Positions 10,982 to 21,512 of a stretch of DNA of 64,000 bases are shown here, piece by piece (position 1 is the stretch's first letter; each line of letters opens with the position of its first letter). The translations under genes were made by a program, and so were the position numbers. The notes beneath the pieces are model-generated. The model was not told where the DNA came from, ran no database searches, and saw only the letters and a program-made list of their open reading frames with translations. The stretch covers positions 1-64,000 of the forward strand of contig JAEOTA010000086.1 of the NCBI GenBank assembly GCA_016840085.1. Reading direction: 5' to 3'. The stretch comes from Promethearchaeota archaeon. GTDB lineage: Archaea > Asgardarchaeota > Lokiarchaeia > Sigyniarchaeales > SOKP01.

Positions 10982-12658
10982 ATGGCTGAAGAGTATGATT
11001 ACCTTTTCAAATCGATTGTTGTAGGAGATGGAGGGGTTGGAAAGACAGCGTTAACTTTACGATTTTCAAAAGGGTTCTTTACTGAAGACTACAAAATGAC
11101 TATCGGAGTTGATTTCCATGTAAAAACAATTACAATTGATACAGATGAAGGGCCTATACGTGCAAAGTTGCAGATATGGGATACTGGAGGTCAAGAACGT
11201 TTCAGTTCGATAAGACCAATGTATTATAGGGGATCCTTAGGAGCATTATTAATTTTTGACTTAACAAATTCAGCAAGTTTTGAACATTTACCTGGATGGA
11301 TAGAAGAAGTTAGAGCTAATGTGAAAACTGAGATTCCACTCTTACTTGTAGGGAATAAAAGTGATTTAATTGATCAAAGAGCTATCTCTTTAGAGGAAAT
11401 CAATAATTTTACTAATAATTTTAATTTATATTATATGGAAACTTCAGCTAAAACTGGTGAAGGTGTTGGTGATTGTTTTTATATTCTTGCTTGCTTAATG
11501 ATAGGTTCAGGAGTTCCAGATCAGCTGATATCGAGCGGTGTTGTTTATCAACCTGGTCATGTCCCTATCACGGCTTCTGCAACTTCTGTACCATCGACAC
11601 CTCAAATACAATCTGAACTCGATTATTCTGCTCCCCCCGTTCCTGAGCCTATGGATAGTGAAGGACAACAACCTAAAAGTAGATTAGAACCAGAACCAGA
11701 ATTTGAATATATTGCTCCGCCAGTTCCAGAACCGCCTTCACTGAAATCTACCGAATCTAAGTCTACATTTGAACCTGAATTTGAACCGGAAATCCCTATT
11801 CCAGAACCGATAAGGGAAGCGGCAAAAACACCAACTGAATTTGAATTCAAAACTCCAGAAGAAATATTAGTTGAAGAAAAACTAAAAGAAGAACCAACAT
11901 CTAGTTTCGCTTCTTTCCAAGCAGCCACTAGTGGTGAAACATATAAACCAAAAGCTGCTCCATTCACATCAAATATTCCTGTTCCAGCACCTGCACCTAA
12001 AGAATTTCAACCTACTCAGGATATAACCTCAATAGAGAGATCTTCTGAAAAAACTGCTCCTTTTCTTGTAGAGCAAGATAATAATGAGTTAAAATCTCAA
12101 TCGTTAGTGGATTATATGCCTGAACCTATTTTATCTAAGAAAGAGATAAAAAAAATTGAAAAACAGAAAAAAAAAGAAGAAAAAGAGAAAAGAATTCAGG
12201 AAGAAAAAGAAAAGCAGCAAAAATTAATTGATGATATGAAAAAAGCTAAGAAAGAAAAGAAAGAGAAGCCAAAGAAAGAAAAGAAGGAAAAATTAGATCA
12301 TATTGGGACCAAACCCCCAATTTCAGAGCATATCCGTACAGCTCAAGCTGAAATATCTGAGCCCTCTACTCTTTTTCAAGCTTTAACTCAGAAATCTGAT
12401 GAAACCTCTACTTCTCCATTTGTTCCATTTTCAGCAGAGGAAGAATCAGAAATTCAAGAACCTAGTAAATTGAGAATAATACCTAATGTCACTGACCTAG
12501 AAAGTCAAGCTAGTGGTTTTACTCCAATTCAATCTCCCCCATCAGTTCAAAAAACCCAACAAGAACCTTCAAAAAAAGAGATAATAGTATGTAAACAATG
12601 TGGTGCAATATTATCTGCTGATTATGCATTTTGTAATAAATGTGGTAATAAATTATAA
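10982..12658 (+). CDS. Rab-like GTPase with long low-complexity tail and C-terminal zinc ribbon
   Basis: YDYLFK, GDGGVGKT, TIGVDF, KLQIWDTGGQERF, YYRG, NKSD, ETSAK; P/E-rich and K/E-rich tail; CKQC..CNKC. Confidence 0.93.
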   Translation: MAEEYDYLFKSIVVGDGGVGKTALTLRFSKGFFTEDYKMTIGVDFHVKTITIDTDEGPIRAKLQIWDTGGQERFSSIRPMYYRGSLGALLIFDLTNSASFEHLPGWIEEVRANVKTEIPLLLVGNKSDLIDQRAISLEEINNFTNNFNLYYMETSAKTGEGVGDCFYILACLMIGSGVPDQLISSGVVYQPGHVPITASATSVPSTPQIQSELDYSAPPVPEPMDSEGQQPKSRLEPEPEFEYIAPPVPEPPSLKSTESKSTFEPEFEPEIPIPEPIREAAKTPTEFEFKTPEEILVEEKLKEEPTSSFASFQAATSGETYKPKAAPFTSNIPVPAPAPKEFQPTQDITSIERSSEKTAPFLVEQDNNELKSQSLVDYMPEPILSKKEIKKIEKQKKKEEKEKRIQEEKEKQQKLIDDMKKAKKEKKEKPKKEKKEKLDHIGTKPPISEHIRTAQAEISEPSTLFQALTQKSDETSTSPFVPFSAEEESEIQEPSKLRIIPNVTDLESQASGFTPIQSPPSVQKTQQEPSKKEIIVCKQCGAILSADYAFCNKCGNKL

Positions 12659-12750
12659 TTAGCTTAAATCTAATTTTAAGATTTTATAAAAAAATTTTAA
12701 TTAATTAAATCTAAAGATAATGGATTTTTAATTAAAAATAGAGATTGATA

Positions 12751-13521
12751 TTACAGGGATTTCCCACAAATAGGACATATGCTCCACATTTTTTTAATTT
12801 TTGAATTACAATGAGAGCAAATCTTTAATTCAGGATCGATTTTAGTTTGTGGTTTCCCAAAAATTGTAATATTATTTGATAACGGAGTTTCAGCATCGAG
12901 TATTTGTGAAGATTGAATAATTTCTTCAGGAATTTTAGTAGATTGCTCAATCATCTTTTTTGTTACATAAGATTTCGGTTCTTTTGGTTCTTTATAATAT
13001 TTTAGGGGTTTTATCGGTGATTTTTTAATTTCTTCTTCGATCCTCTTCCTTTCTGTTTCTGAAGGTTTTTCTTCAGCTTCTTCAACTGTAATCCCGACCT
13101 TATAATAGTAGTATTTATTATCGTTATTCTCTATGACCCTTTCTCCATCTTCCAAATAGACTTCAATATAATAAATTATAACAGATCCGATAGGAATTTC
13201 AGCAATTTCAACAATATAATAATCTATTTTCTTATCCATCTTCATTTGATACCATGATTTTCCCTTATCAGCACTAAAAATTAAATTTACATTTTTAGTA
13301 GTTTTATTAAAGTCTTCTTCTGTAATTTTAACTACAATTTTAATTGTTTTCTTATGGGTTTCTTTAGGCGCTACGAATGTTTGTGCCGCTAATTCATCCC
13401 AAGCTGCTCCACATTTTGGACAATTAGTAAACCAATTGGGGTATTCAAAACCACACTTAGAACAATTTTTTGTGAAATATCGTGTTGTTTTTATTCCTAG
13501 CGACTTTTTTTCTTTCCCCAT
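12751..13521 (-). CDS. double zinc-ribbon protein with central beta-sandwich-like domain
   Basis: CSKC..CPKC at the N-terminus, CSHC..CPIC at the C-terminus; beta-rich middle (VNLIFS, WYQMKM, IIYYIEV, ENNDNKYY). Confidence 0.7.
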   Translation of the reverse strand: MGKEKKSLGIKTTRYFTKNCSKCGFEYPNWFTNCPKCGAAWDELAAQTFVAPKETHKKTIKIVVKITEEDFNKTTKNVNLIFSADKGKSWYQMKMDKKIDYYIVEIAEIPIGSVIIYYIEVYLEDGERVIENNDNKYYYYKVGITVEEAEEKPSETERKRIEEEIKKSPIKPLKYYKEPKEPKSYVTKKMIEQSTKIPEEIIQSSQILDAETPLSNNITIFGKPQTKIDPELKICSHCNSKIKKMWSICPICGKSL

Positions 13522-13818
13522 TGTATTAAAAAATAGTTTTGATTTTTAACTCCCAAGTTATTATTTACTAAATATTAAATAATAATTTGTTTTAAATATA
13601 TTTTTATATAAATTTTAGGAGTTTAATTTTAAGAAAATTCCTTATCTGAATCCTCATATTAAAAGGAAATTTTTTAAGAGTTAAATAAGAAATTTTAAGA
13701 ATTAACAGTGAGAAATAAAAATTAAGGAGGATATAATATGGCAAATTAATTCGATTTATGCGAGCCTTTAGATAATATAGAATTCTAAAAATATAAGAGA
13801 AATTTTTTAAGTAATTTT

Positions 13819-14985
13819 TTATTTTTTAAGAATACTCTCTAAATCTTCAATGAAACTAATCAAATGGTTTTTTTGAACATGGGGCATCACCACAACTCGA
13901 ATTAGATTGAATTCTTCGAATTTTCCTAGCATCCAATTCTTCTTTCTTAATTCTTCATCAATTTTACATATACTCCGTCCATTTTCAGTAGTAATACCTA
14001 CGACATTCATAATTGGATTGGTTGCTAATTTAATACCTTTAATCTCACCAATTCTTTTTACCAAATAATTGGTATTGTTCATACATTTTTCAACAATTTT
14101 ATTAAATCCATTTATGCCTAAAGACTTTAGAATTGCCCAAAATGCAATAACTGTTCCACCTGATCTTGTCCCAACAATATGAAGATGTTTGAAATTTCCA
14201 CCAGCTAAATAAGGAATTTCAAATCCTGTTTTTTGCAAAATTGATTTATCTCTTAAAAAAATTCCGCCAGTAGGAATTACTCCCATTCCCATCTTATGAG
14301 GATCTGCTGTGATTGAATCAACAAATTTGACTGAAAAATCCCAGAGAGGGCTTGGGAGGTTTAAATTTTTTAGAAAGGGTAAAATAAATCCTCCAAATGC
14401 AGCATCGATATGAAAAAATATATCTTTATTCTCAATTATTCTTCCAATATCTTCTATTGGATCTATCAAACCTAAAGAAGTAGTTCCTGCAATTCCTACA
14501 ACACCACAAGTATTATTATTTATTAGTGAATTAAAATGATTAAGATCTAATTCAAAATTATCATTTAATTTTGCTTTTCTAAGTTTAATTCCAAGTAAAT
14601 CAGCTGCTTTATCAAAAGATACATGTGCCGAACAGGGTACAACAACTTCTGGAAAAGAAATATCGGGTCTTAATTTTTTAGCAATCCTCATAGCTATCAA
14701 GTTTGCTTCTGAACCACCCGTAGTGAAAGTCCCTATTATCTTTTTTCCACTAAAAAGATCACCAATTTCAGTAACTAATTCTTCTTCTAAGTCAGCGGTC
14801 CCTAAAAATAAACCTGGATCTCCAAGATTCTTAGCAACATATTTCATATAGATTTCGACTGCAATAGCTAAAGGTTCAGTACACATGGAACCCAGTATTG
14901 AGCCTGATTTATATGAATAATCACTTTTTAATTTTTCATTGAGAATTTTCAGTATTTCTTGTTTTTCTAATCCTTCTTTTAACAT
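13819..14985 (-). CDS. mfnA: tyrosine/aspartate decarboxylase (group II PLP decarboxylase)
   Basis: ILGSMCT, NLGDPGLF, GGSEAN, HIDAAFGG, DPHKMG. Confidence 0.9.
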   Translation of the reverse strand: MLKEGLEKQEILKILNEKLKSDYSYKSGSILGSMCTEPLAIAVEIYMKYVAKNLGDPGLFLGTADLEEELVTEIGDLFSGKKIIGTFTTGGSEANLIAMRIAKKLRPDISFPEVVVPCSAHVSFDKAADLLGIKLRKAKLNDNFELDLNHFNSLINNNTCGVVGIAGTTSLGLIDPIEDIGRIIENKDIFFHIDAAFGGFILPFLKNLNLPSPLWDFSVKFVDSITADPHKMGMGVIPTGGIFLRDKSILQKTGFEIPYLAGGNFKHLHIVGTRSGGTVIAFWAILKSLGINGFNKIVEKCMNNTNYLVKRIGEIKGIKLATNPIMNVVGITTENGRSICKIDEELRKKNWMLGKFEEFNLIRVVVMPHVQKNHLISFIEDLESILKK

Positions 14986-15116
14986 AGTTATATTAATAAA
15001 TCAGTGATACTTTCTTATTACTTCATAAAATAGAAAAATTTAAACAATTAAAATTTTATAAATTACAAATAAAATTGTACTATTAGTGAGAAAAATTACT
15101 TTAGAACTATCCTAAA

Positions 15117-15434
15117 TTAAAAAAATCGTTTTGAATCTCTATTTGAATACTTATCAATTATTATATTAAATTCTTTTCCTAAATCAATTTTATAATGATT
15201 AGCAACGCATACGATAGAAAAAAGAAGATCTGCTAATTCTTCTCCTAAATTAGAATCTAAATTATTGGATTTTTTCGGTTTATATCCTTCAAGAGAATTT
15301 ACTTCTCTTGCAACTTCTCCTAATTCTTCCATAATAGCGCAAATTATTGATAATGGAGGCCAATACCCCCCGTGACTATGTATCCAATTGTCTACGATTT
15401 CTTGAACTTCTTTAAGTAAATTCTCTTTAATCAT
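15117..15434 (-). CDS. MazG-like nucleotide pyrophosphohydrolase
   Basis: GYWPPL, EELGEVAREV, EELADLLF, RD..RF. Confidence 0.9.
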   Translation of the reverse strand: MIKENLLKEVQEIVDNWIHSHGGYWPPLSIICAIMEELGEVAREVNSLEGYKPKKSNNLDSNLGEELADLLFSIVCVANHYKIDLGKEFNIIIDKYSNRDSKRFF

Positions 15435-15489
15435 ATTTTGTATAATGTAAGATAATATTTAAAAAATAGAAAAGTAAAAATGAAATTTA

Positions 15490-15918
15490 TTAAAAATAAT
15501 GCATACATCCAAAGATATTGAACTTTCTTTCAAAAAGTTCTAAGATTTCTTTAGAAATGATAAAAAAGATGAAATTTTCTGAATTTAACAGGAAGATGGA
15601 AGAAATTACTGATACATACTCACGCTTGTCTTGATGATAAAATATGCTATGTAAATTGATAAAACTCTCATTATCGCCATCATTTTCTATTTTTTTCAAT
15701 ATATCTTTGAAAGCATTAAACCATAATTCATACTGATATGGTAATTTCTCTTTTAGTATTTCCTTTCTGAAATTTCTACCAGATATTTCAGACATAGTTT
15801 CCTCTACTGAGATAGTATTATAAGGATTTTCTAATGCTTCATTAATTCTTTTAAGACATTTTTTAACTTGTATTCCAGATTGTCCAGTAAAAAGAATTAA
15901 TTTTTTTTCAATCCTCAT
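15490..15918 (-). CDS. hypothetical protein, nucleotide-kinase-like N-terminus; possibly a truncated fragment
   Basis: LILFTGQSGI..K degenerate P-loop; C-terminal about 35 aa are low-complexity. Confidence 0.45.
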   Translation of the reverse strand: MRIEKKLILFTGQSGIQVKKCLKRINEALENPYNTISVEETMSEISGRNFRKEILKEKLPYQYELWFNAFKDILKKIENDGDNESFINLHSIFYHQDKREYVSVISSIFLLNSENFIFFIISKEILELFERKFNIFGCMHYF

Positions 15919-16191
15919 TTTTAATATTTCCTTAGTTAAAGATTATATGTCTTTTTTTCTACAGTAATTAAGATCCTTTTTCTATTATATAAATTAGATT
16001 AAGTAATAGTAAATATTTATAAATAAAAAATCAGTGATGAAGATCATTTCTTCTTTAATATTATGTATTTACTTGAATATATAGAGAAATCAAAGTATAT
16101 CATTAACAATTATCATTTTACACTTAAATAGGTTAAATTAATTGAAACATAAAAAGTATATTTTCTCAATAATTATTCCTTTCTACAAAAA

Positions 16192-19100
16192 TTATTTAAA
16201 TAAATTTTCTCGTTTTCTTGCTTCCCACTCCGCTCTTTTTCCTAAATTATATCTATTTACTTCACTGTAATATCCCGTAACTCTGGAATATACTTTCACA
16301 TCTTCAGAATAACATTGAGGACATGTAAATTGACTTCCTCGATACATCTTACGACAGGACGGACAATATATAAAATCTGTAGTATATGCAAAATATGCTG
16401 TATTTGTATTAAGACAAATATTTTTTGTGAGTTCCCAAAGAGCATGAATATCCGGTTTTTGTTCCCCTAACCAAATATGTGTAATTACTCCTCCATTTAC
16501 AATAGGATGAAAATCTCCCTGTTTTCGAATTCTTTCAGATAACGGTACATCCGCATCATACCGAAAATGATCTGAATTTGTATAATACGCAGAAACTCCA
16601 TTTGATTGAGGAATTGCTTTTCCAGGGAAATGTTTTAAATCTAATTTTGCAAAACGATTACTTGATGATTCAGACGGCTGTTCCCAAAGTGAATAGGAAA
16701 TGCCATCTCTTTCTGTCATGGTATTACACTTAGCAACCATATATTCTAATATTTTTTTACCAAGGTTATATGCCGTATCACGTTCATGCAATTCAAAGCC
16801 GGTCATGCTTTTTACGGTTTCATTCAAGCCAGTAAAACCTATTGAAAGATTTTGCTCTCGCAATTTAAAAATTGGATTACCATTAATTTTGCCACTACAT
16901 AAGGGTAGATGCCCTGTTTTTAAACGCCTTTCCATTAAATCCCATTTTTTCTTTAGTATTCTAGCTGAAAGCTCCATTTTTTCACCTAAAATCCTAATGT
17001 AATCGTCTTCATTGTTGGATATATATGCATACCGAGGAAGATTTAGACTAACGCTTTGAAGTGAGCCAATGGTAACATAATTTTCCCATATGCTAGCATT
17101 TTTCCTTTTTTCAGGATCTACAATACATTGGCTTATAATTTGATCTCCACTTAAAAATTTTCTACAACATTGACTGTGGATTTCATCTGGCATCCAATCT
17201 GGACACATATTAAGGAAATACGGAGTTCCCATGGTAGCGACTTCTTCCATTACTTTTAAATAAGATGGTTCAAATTCTTCCAACCATTCTTTTTTAATCT
17301 TGATCTCATGTTTTGGAAATGCAAAAAGTTTTCCATTATGATCACCTTGAATATAGACATTAGTTAAAGCATCAAAAAGTTTGAGACATTCATCTTTATA
17401 ATCTCCATATGTTCCCGCTATTTTTCCATGTACTCCCACCGCGGGAATATTTAATAAGCCATCTGGTATAGTTGGAGTACAAGAGATTGAAGTAAATGGT
17501 ACTTGTCCTCCTCTAGCTGCAAAAATTTGATTAGTCTCAAAAATCAAGCACTGCATTGATTGTTCAATCTCTCTATCAGAAATACCATGAGCATATGGTG
17601 CTAAAAAAGTAGTTATATAATCATATCCCTGTCCTCCGCTGAATTCCCCCTGAATTATTCCAAGCCACTTAGCGAGATGAGTCACAGCAACACGCAAGCT
17701 TCCTGCAGGTCCTGATTTACTACAATGTGCCCAACTCTCTACTGGAGGTAATCCATGCTCTAGAATCATACGTGGGTCCCATTCTTGGCAGTTATGAATT
17801 AAGATATTATCGGCATAAAACGTATTCTCTTCCCAAGTTCCATTTCCTTCCAAAGAGAAATCGTAAACGTAAGGATGTGTTGGAGATTCAGGAATTATTT
17901 CTTTAATATATTCGTAAGGTAAATTAGTTTCAGTGAAAACTGGTTGATGGTGTCTGAGAAATCTTTCCAATTTATCTTGTTTCTCTTGCTGCACAAAACC
18001 CATTATTGAATTTAAACGTTCTATATTCCTATGCCCGTAGATGTGAATTCTGTATTTTATCCCCTCCCCTTGGTATGGAGGAAATTCATATTCATATTCC
18101 TCTTTTTTTATTGTATGACGAATATCGTGAGATGATAATGTGAAACTTAAAAAGTCAATAAGAGATTTTGATTTAGATGTGTAAGTGATTTCACAATCGG
18201 CTTTTTCAGGTCGATATACGATATGACCATCACCACTAAACATAGCTATTAAAAGATGATTTAGTGACTCTACTGATAAATTATAAAAAATATCACCTAA
18301 ACTTTTATTTTCAGCTCTAGGTTTTATTCCAAATACATACCTAAAAAGAAGATAAATTAATTTACCCCCAAAAAATAATTGCGGTGCTTTTCCTTCGATT
18401 TCACTAGGTGTTATAAAAGTATCAAATGAATTTTCAATACAGAGTTTCATGTCTTCGAAAATCCTAGGATCATTATTAGTTAATGCTAAATTATAGTAAT
18501 TTCCTTCAGAAATATTATAATGTCCTTCAGAAACAAAATAACCTACTAATTGTATGAGATAAGGCGTGATAGGTAATATAGCAGGTAATAAATATGGAGA
18601 ACCTACAACACCTATTTCCAAATTAGTCATATCAAGATTATATTCTCTAATTAGATTTATTGCTTGAAGGATAGGAATATTTCCTGATTCCCAACTTCTA
18701 GGATAATCCAATATTTCTGCTTTTTGAAAAACATCACCCCATGAAATTGAATATAGATGTTTTCTAAATAAAAGCTGTTCTCTAAGATTTCTTATATAAA
18801 TATTATCTAAATCTTCTAATAGACATTTTTTTTCTAGGTATTCAATTAAATTTATTTCATTAAGATTTCTTTGTTGAAATGATGAATCTAAAATCTTGAC
18901 TCTATCTCCTTTTTCTAAATTAAATACAGGTATTTCTTCAGGAACGTGATTATTAAAAACCATGACTCTATGATCTTCACTTAAGATAATTTCTTTTCCT
19001 TTATCAGTTATTATCTTATACATAACGGGATCTGATTGTCTTCGAGATACGTTGTTCAATCGTTTTAGTCCACTTGGAGTACAAAAATAATAATTATCAT

Positions 19101-19752
19101 TAGAAATATTGACACAAGACTCACCATCAAAAAAAGTATCAAAATTTTTAGCTTTAATATAATCTAATATCCCCTCTCTATTGATTACAGGAATCTTTGT
19201 ACTACCATCTATACAGAAAGGTCTTAAATCGAAATACCGAAGCATATGAACATGAAGATCACCAAAAAGATGAGCGTGTGCTTCTTCTGAATCTAAAATT
19301 CTTAATAATGCGTATTCATCAGAGATCCTATTTGCTGCCCAATGATGAATGCTTTCAGGGTTCATATCTTGATTTGCATTTTCATCAACTCCATATTCTA
19401 AAATAGCTTCATAATCCATCAATGGCATTCCAATTCTAGTGTATATTTTACGTTCTTCTTCAAAATGTTGTTCTGATAAAATTGAGCAAACAATTTCTCT
19501 AATATGCGGACCTGATAGAAATTTAATCCCTGAAGAAATTATTCTTCTGACAACAAGTTCAGTAATCCTATCAGCAGACTTTTGGTCTAACCCAGTTTCT
19601 CTGATAAGGCTGTGTTCAATTTTAACTGGATCAAAAGGTACAACATCACCTTCAGTTCTAAAAACTTGAGGTAATAATTTTGTTAAATAATTCCGCTTTA
19701 TTTTTTCACCATCTTTTTCTTTTATAGTTTTAGGATCTGATAGCAATACCAA
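16192..19752 (-). CDS. nrdD: class III anaerobic ribonucleoside-triphosphate reductase, intein-containing
   Basis: N-terminal ATP cone, GDLHVH, FSGGQG, SQCCR, VSLNLPR, YYTNS, CPSC..CPQC, glycyl-radical motif YSRVTGY. Confidence 0.96.
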   Translation of the reverse strand: MVLLSDPKTIKEKDGEKIKRNYLTKLLPQVFRTEGDVVPFDPVKIEHSLIRETGLDQKSADRITELVVRRIISSGIKFLSGPHIREIVCSILSEQHFEEERKIYTRIGMPLMDYEAILEYGVDENANQDMNPESIHHWAANRISDEYALLRILDSEEAHAHLFGDLHVHMLRYFDLRPFCIDGSTKIPVINREGILDYIKAKNFDTFFDGESCVNISNDNYYFCTPSGLKRLNNVSRRQSDPVMYKIITDKGKEIILSEDHRVMVFNNHVPEEIPVFNLEKGDRVKILDSSFQQRNLNEINLIEYLEKKCLLEDLDNIYIRNLREQLLFRKHLYSISWGDVFQKAEILDYPRSWESGNIPILQAINLIREYNLDMTNLEIGVVGSPYLLPAILPITPYLIQLVGYFVSEGHYNISEGNYYNLALTNNDPRIFEDMKLCIENSFDTFITPSEIEGKAPQLFFGGKLIYLLFRYVFGIKPRAENKSLGDIFYNLSVESLNHLLIAMFSGDGHIVYRPEKADCEITYTSKSKSLIDFLSFTLSSHDIRHTIKKEEYEYEFPPYQGEGIKYRIHIYGHRNIERLNSIMGFVQQEKQDKLERFLRHHQPVFTETNLPYEYIKEIIPESPTHPYVYDFSLEGNGTWEENTFYADNILIHNCQEWDPRMILEHGLPPVESWAHCSKSGPAGSLRVAVTHLAKWLGIIQGEFSGGQGYDYITTFLAPYAHGISDREIEQSMQCLIFETNQIFAARGGQVPFTSISCTPTIPDGLLNIPAVGVHGKIAGTYGDYKDECLKLFDALTNVYIQGDHNGKLFAFPKHEIKIKKEWLEEFEPSYLKVMEEVATMGTPYFLNMCPDWMPDEIHSQCCRKFLSGDQIISQCIVDPEKRKNASIWENYVTIGSLQSVSLNLPRYAYISNNEDDYIRILGEKMELSARILKKKWDLMERRLKTGHLPLCSGKINGNPIFKLREQNLSIGFTGLNETVKSMTGFELHERDTAYNLGKKILEYMVAKCNTMTERDGISYSLWEQPSESSSNRFAKLDLKHFPGKAIPQSNGVSAYYTNSDHFRYDADVPLSERIRKQGDFHPIVNGGVITHIWLGEQKPDIHALWELTKNICLNTNTAYFAYTTDFIYCPSCRKMYRGSQFTCPQCYSEDVKVYSRVTGYYSEVNRYNLGKRAEWEARKRENLFK
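17791..19215 (-). mobile_element. intein with LAGLIDADG homing endonuclease (475 aa) in NrdD
   Basis: Starts CIDGST, block B SEDHRV, LVGYFVSEG and AMFSGDG endonuclease blocks, VYDFSL, ends LIHN followed by +1 Cys. Confidence 0.95.
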
Positions 19753-20188
19753 TGTTTAACATCTCTTTTTTCAATTTCAAATTATCTTTAACAATAAAGA
19801 ACTATAATCTGCGATTCTTAAAAGTATAAAATTTTGTCGGTGGCGTGATCTGAATTAAGAGAATTATTAATTCTTTATTATCGTTAATATTTTACCTCTT
19901 TTGATATAAAAATTTATTTATTTTTCCAATTTAAACTTAATTTATTAACTCTTTATTTGATTTTTAGTGGATGGCCAATTAAATTCACGAATTATTTAAA
20001 AACTTTTCAAAATTGTAGATAATCAAGGAAAATTTCTTCTGTAATGACATCTTTCTTATAATATTGTCGAAAAGAATGTAATATTTCAAAAATTCTTTTT
20101 ATTTAAGTTTTAATTTTTATTGATATTGAGTATATTTAAATAAAAAATAACTAGAGTATGATAAATAAGTAATAAAGTAAAATGAAAA

Positions 20189-20518
20189 ATGAAAAAAAAT
20201 CTTGTAAGTAAGAATTCTGTCGAACCTGTAAAAGTCTTTGAAGGAATTTATAGAAAAACCTTAGCTTACAATGGTAATATTATGCTATGCCACTTCTTCC
20301 TTGAAAAAAACGCAGAAGTGCCATTACATAATCATAAGGAACATCAGGTTGGATATGTAATTAAGGGTAGATTAAGATTTTTTACAGAAAATGGGGATTT
20401 TATAGCAAGAGAGGGAGATAGTTATATTTTTGATTCTAATGTGAAACATGGTGCATTTATATTAGAAGATTCAGAAGTAATTGATATTTTTAATCCGGTA
20501 AGAGAAGACTATAAATAA
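20189..20518 (+). CDS. cupin-domain protein
   Basis: PLHNHKEHQVGYV..G and HGA cupin motifs, DIFNPVREDY. Confidence 0.9.
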   Translation: MKKNLVSKNSVEPVKVFEGIYRKTLAYNGNIMLCHFFLEKNAEVPLHNHKEHQVGYVIKGRLRFFTENGDFIAREGDSYIFDSNVKHGAFILEDSEVIDIFNPVREDYK

Positions 20519-20551
20519 TTTCTTTATTAACAATAAAAATCAGAGAAAAAA

Positions 20552-20905
20552 TTACCATTGGTATGCTGCTACTGCAAAAATTGCAAACATGCAAAATAAA
20601 AATTCTCCTAATAACCAATCATGAAAATATGATTTTTTGTTAGCTCGATTATATTTTATTTTAGCAGCAACTCCAAAACTAATTGCAGAATTTGTTGCCA
20701 TGAAAATAATTATTGTAAATGTCATCGCGTTTATATTTAAATCAATAATATTTAAAATGTAATCTAGTATTACCCAACCGCCCATGAAACCTCCAAGAAC
20801 AAGTAAAAAAATCCATCCAGAAAATTGAATGATTTTTTCAAATTTTACATCTAACTCTGAAATAATAATTGACTGTTCAATACGTTTTTTCTTAACTTTT
20901 GACAT
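20552..20905 (-). CDS. hypothetical membrane protein (3 TM)
   Basis: Hydrophobic segments; co-oriented with nac. Confidence 0.7.
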   Translation of the reverse strand: MSKVKKKRIEQSIIISELDVKFEKIIQFSGWIFLLVLGGFMGGWVILDYILNIIDLNINAMTFTIIIFMATNSAISFGVAAKIKYNRANKKSYFHDWLLGEFLFCMFAIFAVAAYQW

Positions 20906-20981
20906 AATTAAATGAAAATTATTATTTTTGAATATTAAAAATTGAATAATTCTTAATTTTTATTGTTTTTCAAATATATAA

Positions 20982-21503
20982 TTAAGGTTTATTTTTTAAA
21001 TATAAAATAGCTTTTGCAATATCACCGTTACATTCTTTTAATACAGATTCTGCTTCTTCTTTATCAACATTTGCTTGAGCAGCAACCAACATGATATCAT
21101 TTTCTGTTATTGTAGGTTTTATCTCAGATTCCTCCACTGGTTCTAAATCTTCAACTTGTTCTTTAGAAGCAATTGTGAAATTATCTGGAGTATATTCTTC
21201 AGCTTGTCCTATTACTTGGTATATTTCTTGACCTGCCTGTTTCATTAGAATAACTTCTGGTTGATCTAATACTAATGTTTTTTCAGTACATTCAATAATT
21301 ACTCGTGTAGCATCTACCTGATCCATATCTATTCCTTGTTGCTGCATTCTTCTACGCATCTGTCTACTTCCAAACTGAGAACCTTCCCGTTTTACAACTG
21401 ATGAAGGTCGCGTTGGTTTACTTTTTACTTTATCTTGCATTTCTTTTGGAAGTTTCACCAAATTATTCACTCTCAAAACGATTTTATATATACTAATAAA
21501 CAA
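20982..21503 (-). CDS. nac: nascent polypeptide-associated complex protein (start probably about 21461)
   Basis: RQMRRRMQQQGID, VIIE..LVLDQPEV, YQVIG, UBA-like NDIMLVAAQANV..GDIAKAI. Confidence 0.92.
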   Translation of the reverse strand: MFISIYKIVLRVNNLVKLPKEMQDKVKSKPTRPSSVVKREGSQFGSRQMRRRMQQQGIDMDQVDATRVIIECTEKTLVLDQPEVILMKQAGQEIYQVIGQAEEYTPDNFTIASKEQVEDLEPVEESEIKPTITENDIMLVAAQANVDKEEAESVLKECNGDIAKAILYLKNKP

Positions 21504-21512
21504 AATATAATT

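Noticed and set aside
12130-12295. Purine-rich AAAGAA repeats
   Set aside because: They simply encode the K/E-rich helix of the GTPase tail; not an independent DNA element
13724-13749. Strong SD (AAGGAGG) followed by ATG GCA AAT TAA
   Set aside because: Only three codons and no downstream coding signal; chance or an unidentifiable remnant
19753-20188. Regulatory RNA or repressor boxes upstream of nrdD
   Set aside because: Only weak AT-rich inverted repeats, expected by chance at this base composition
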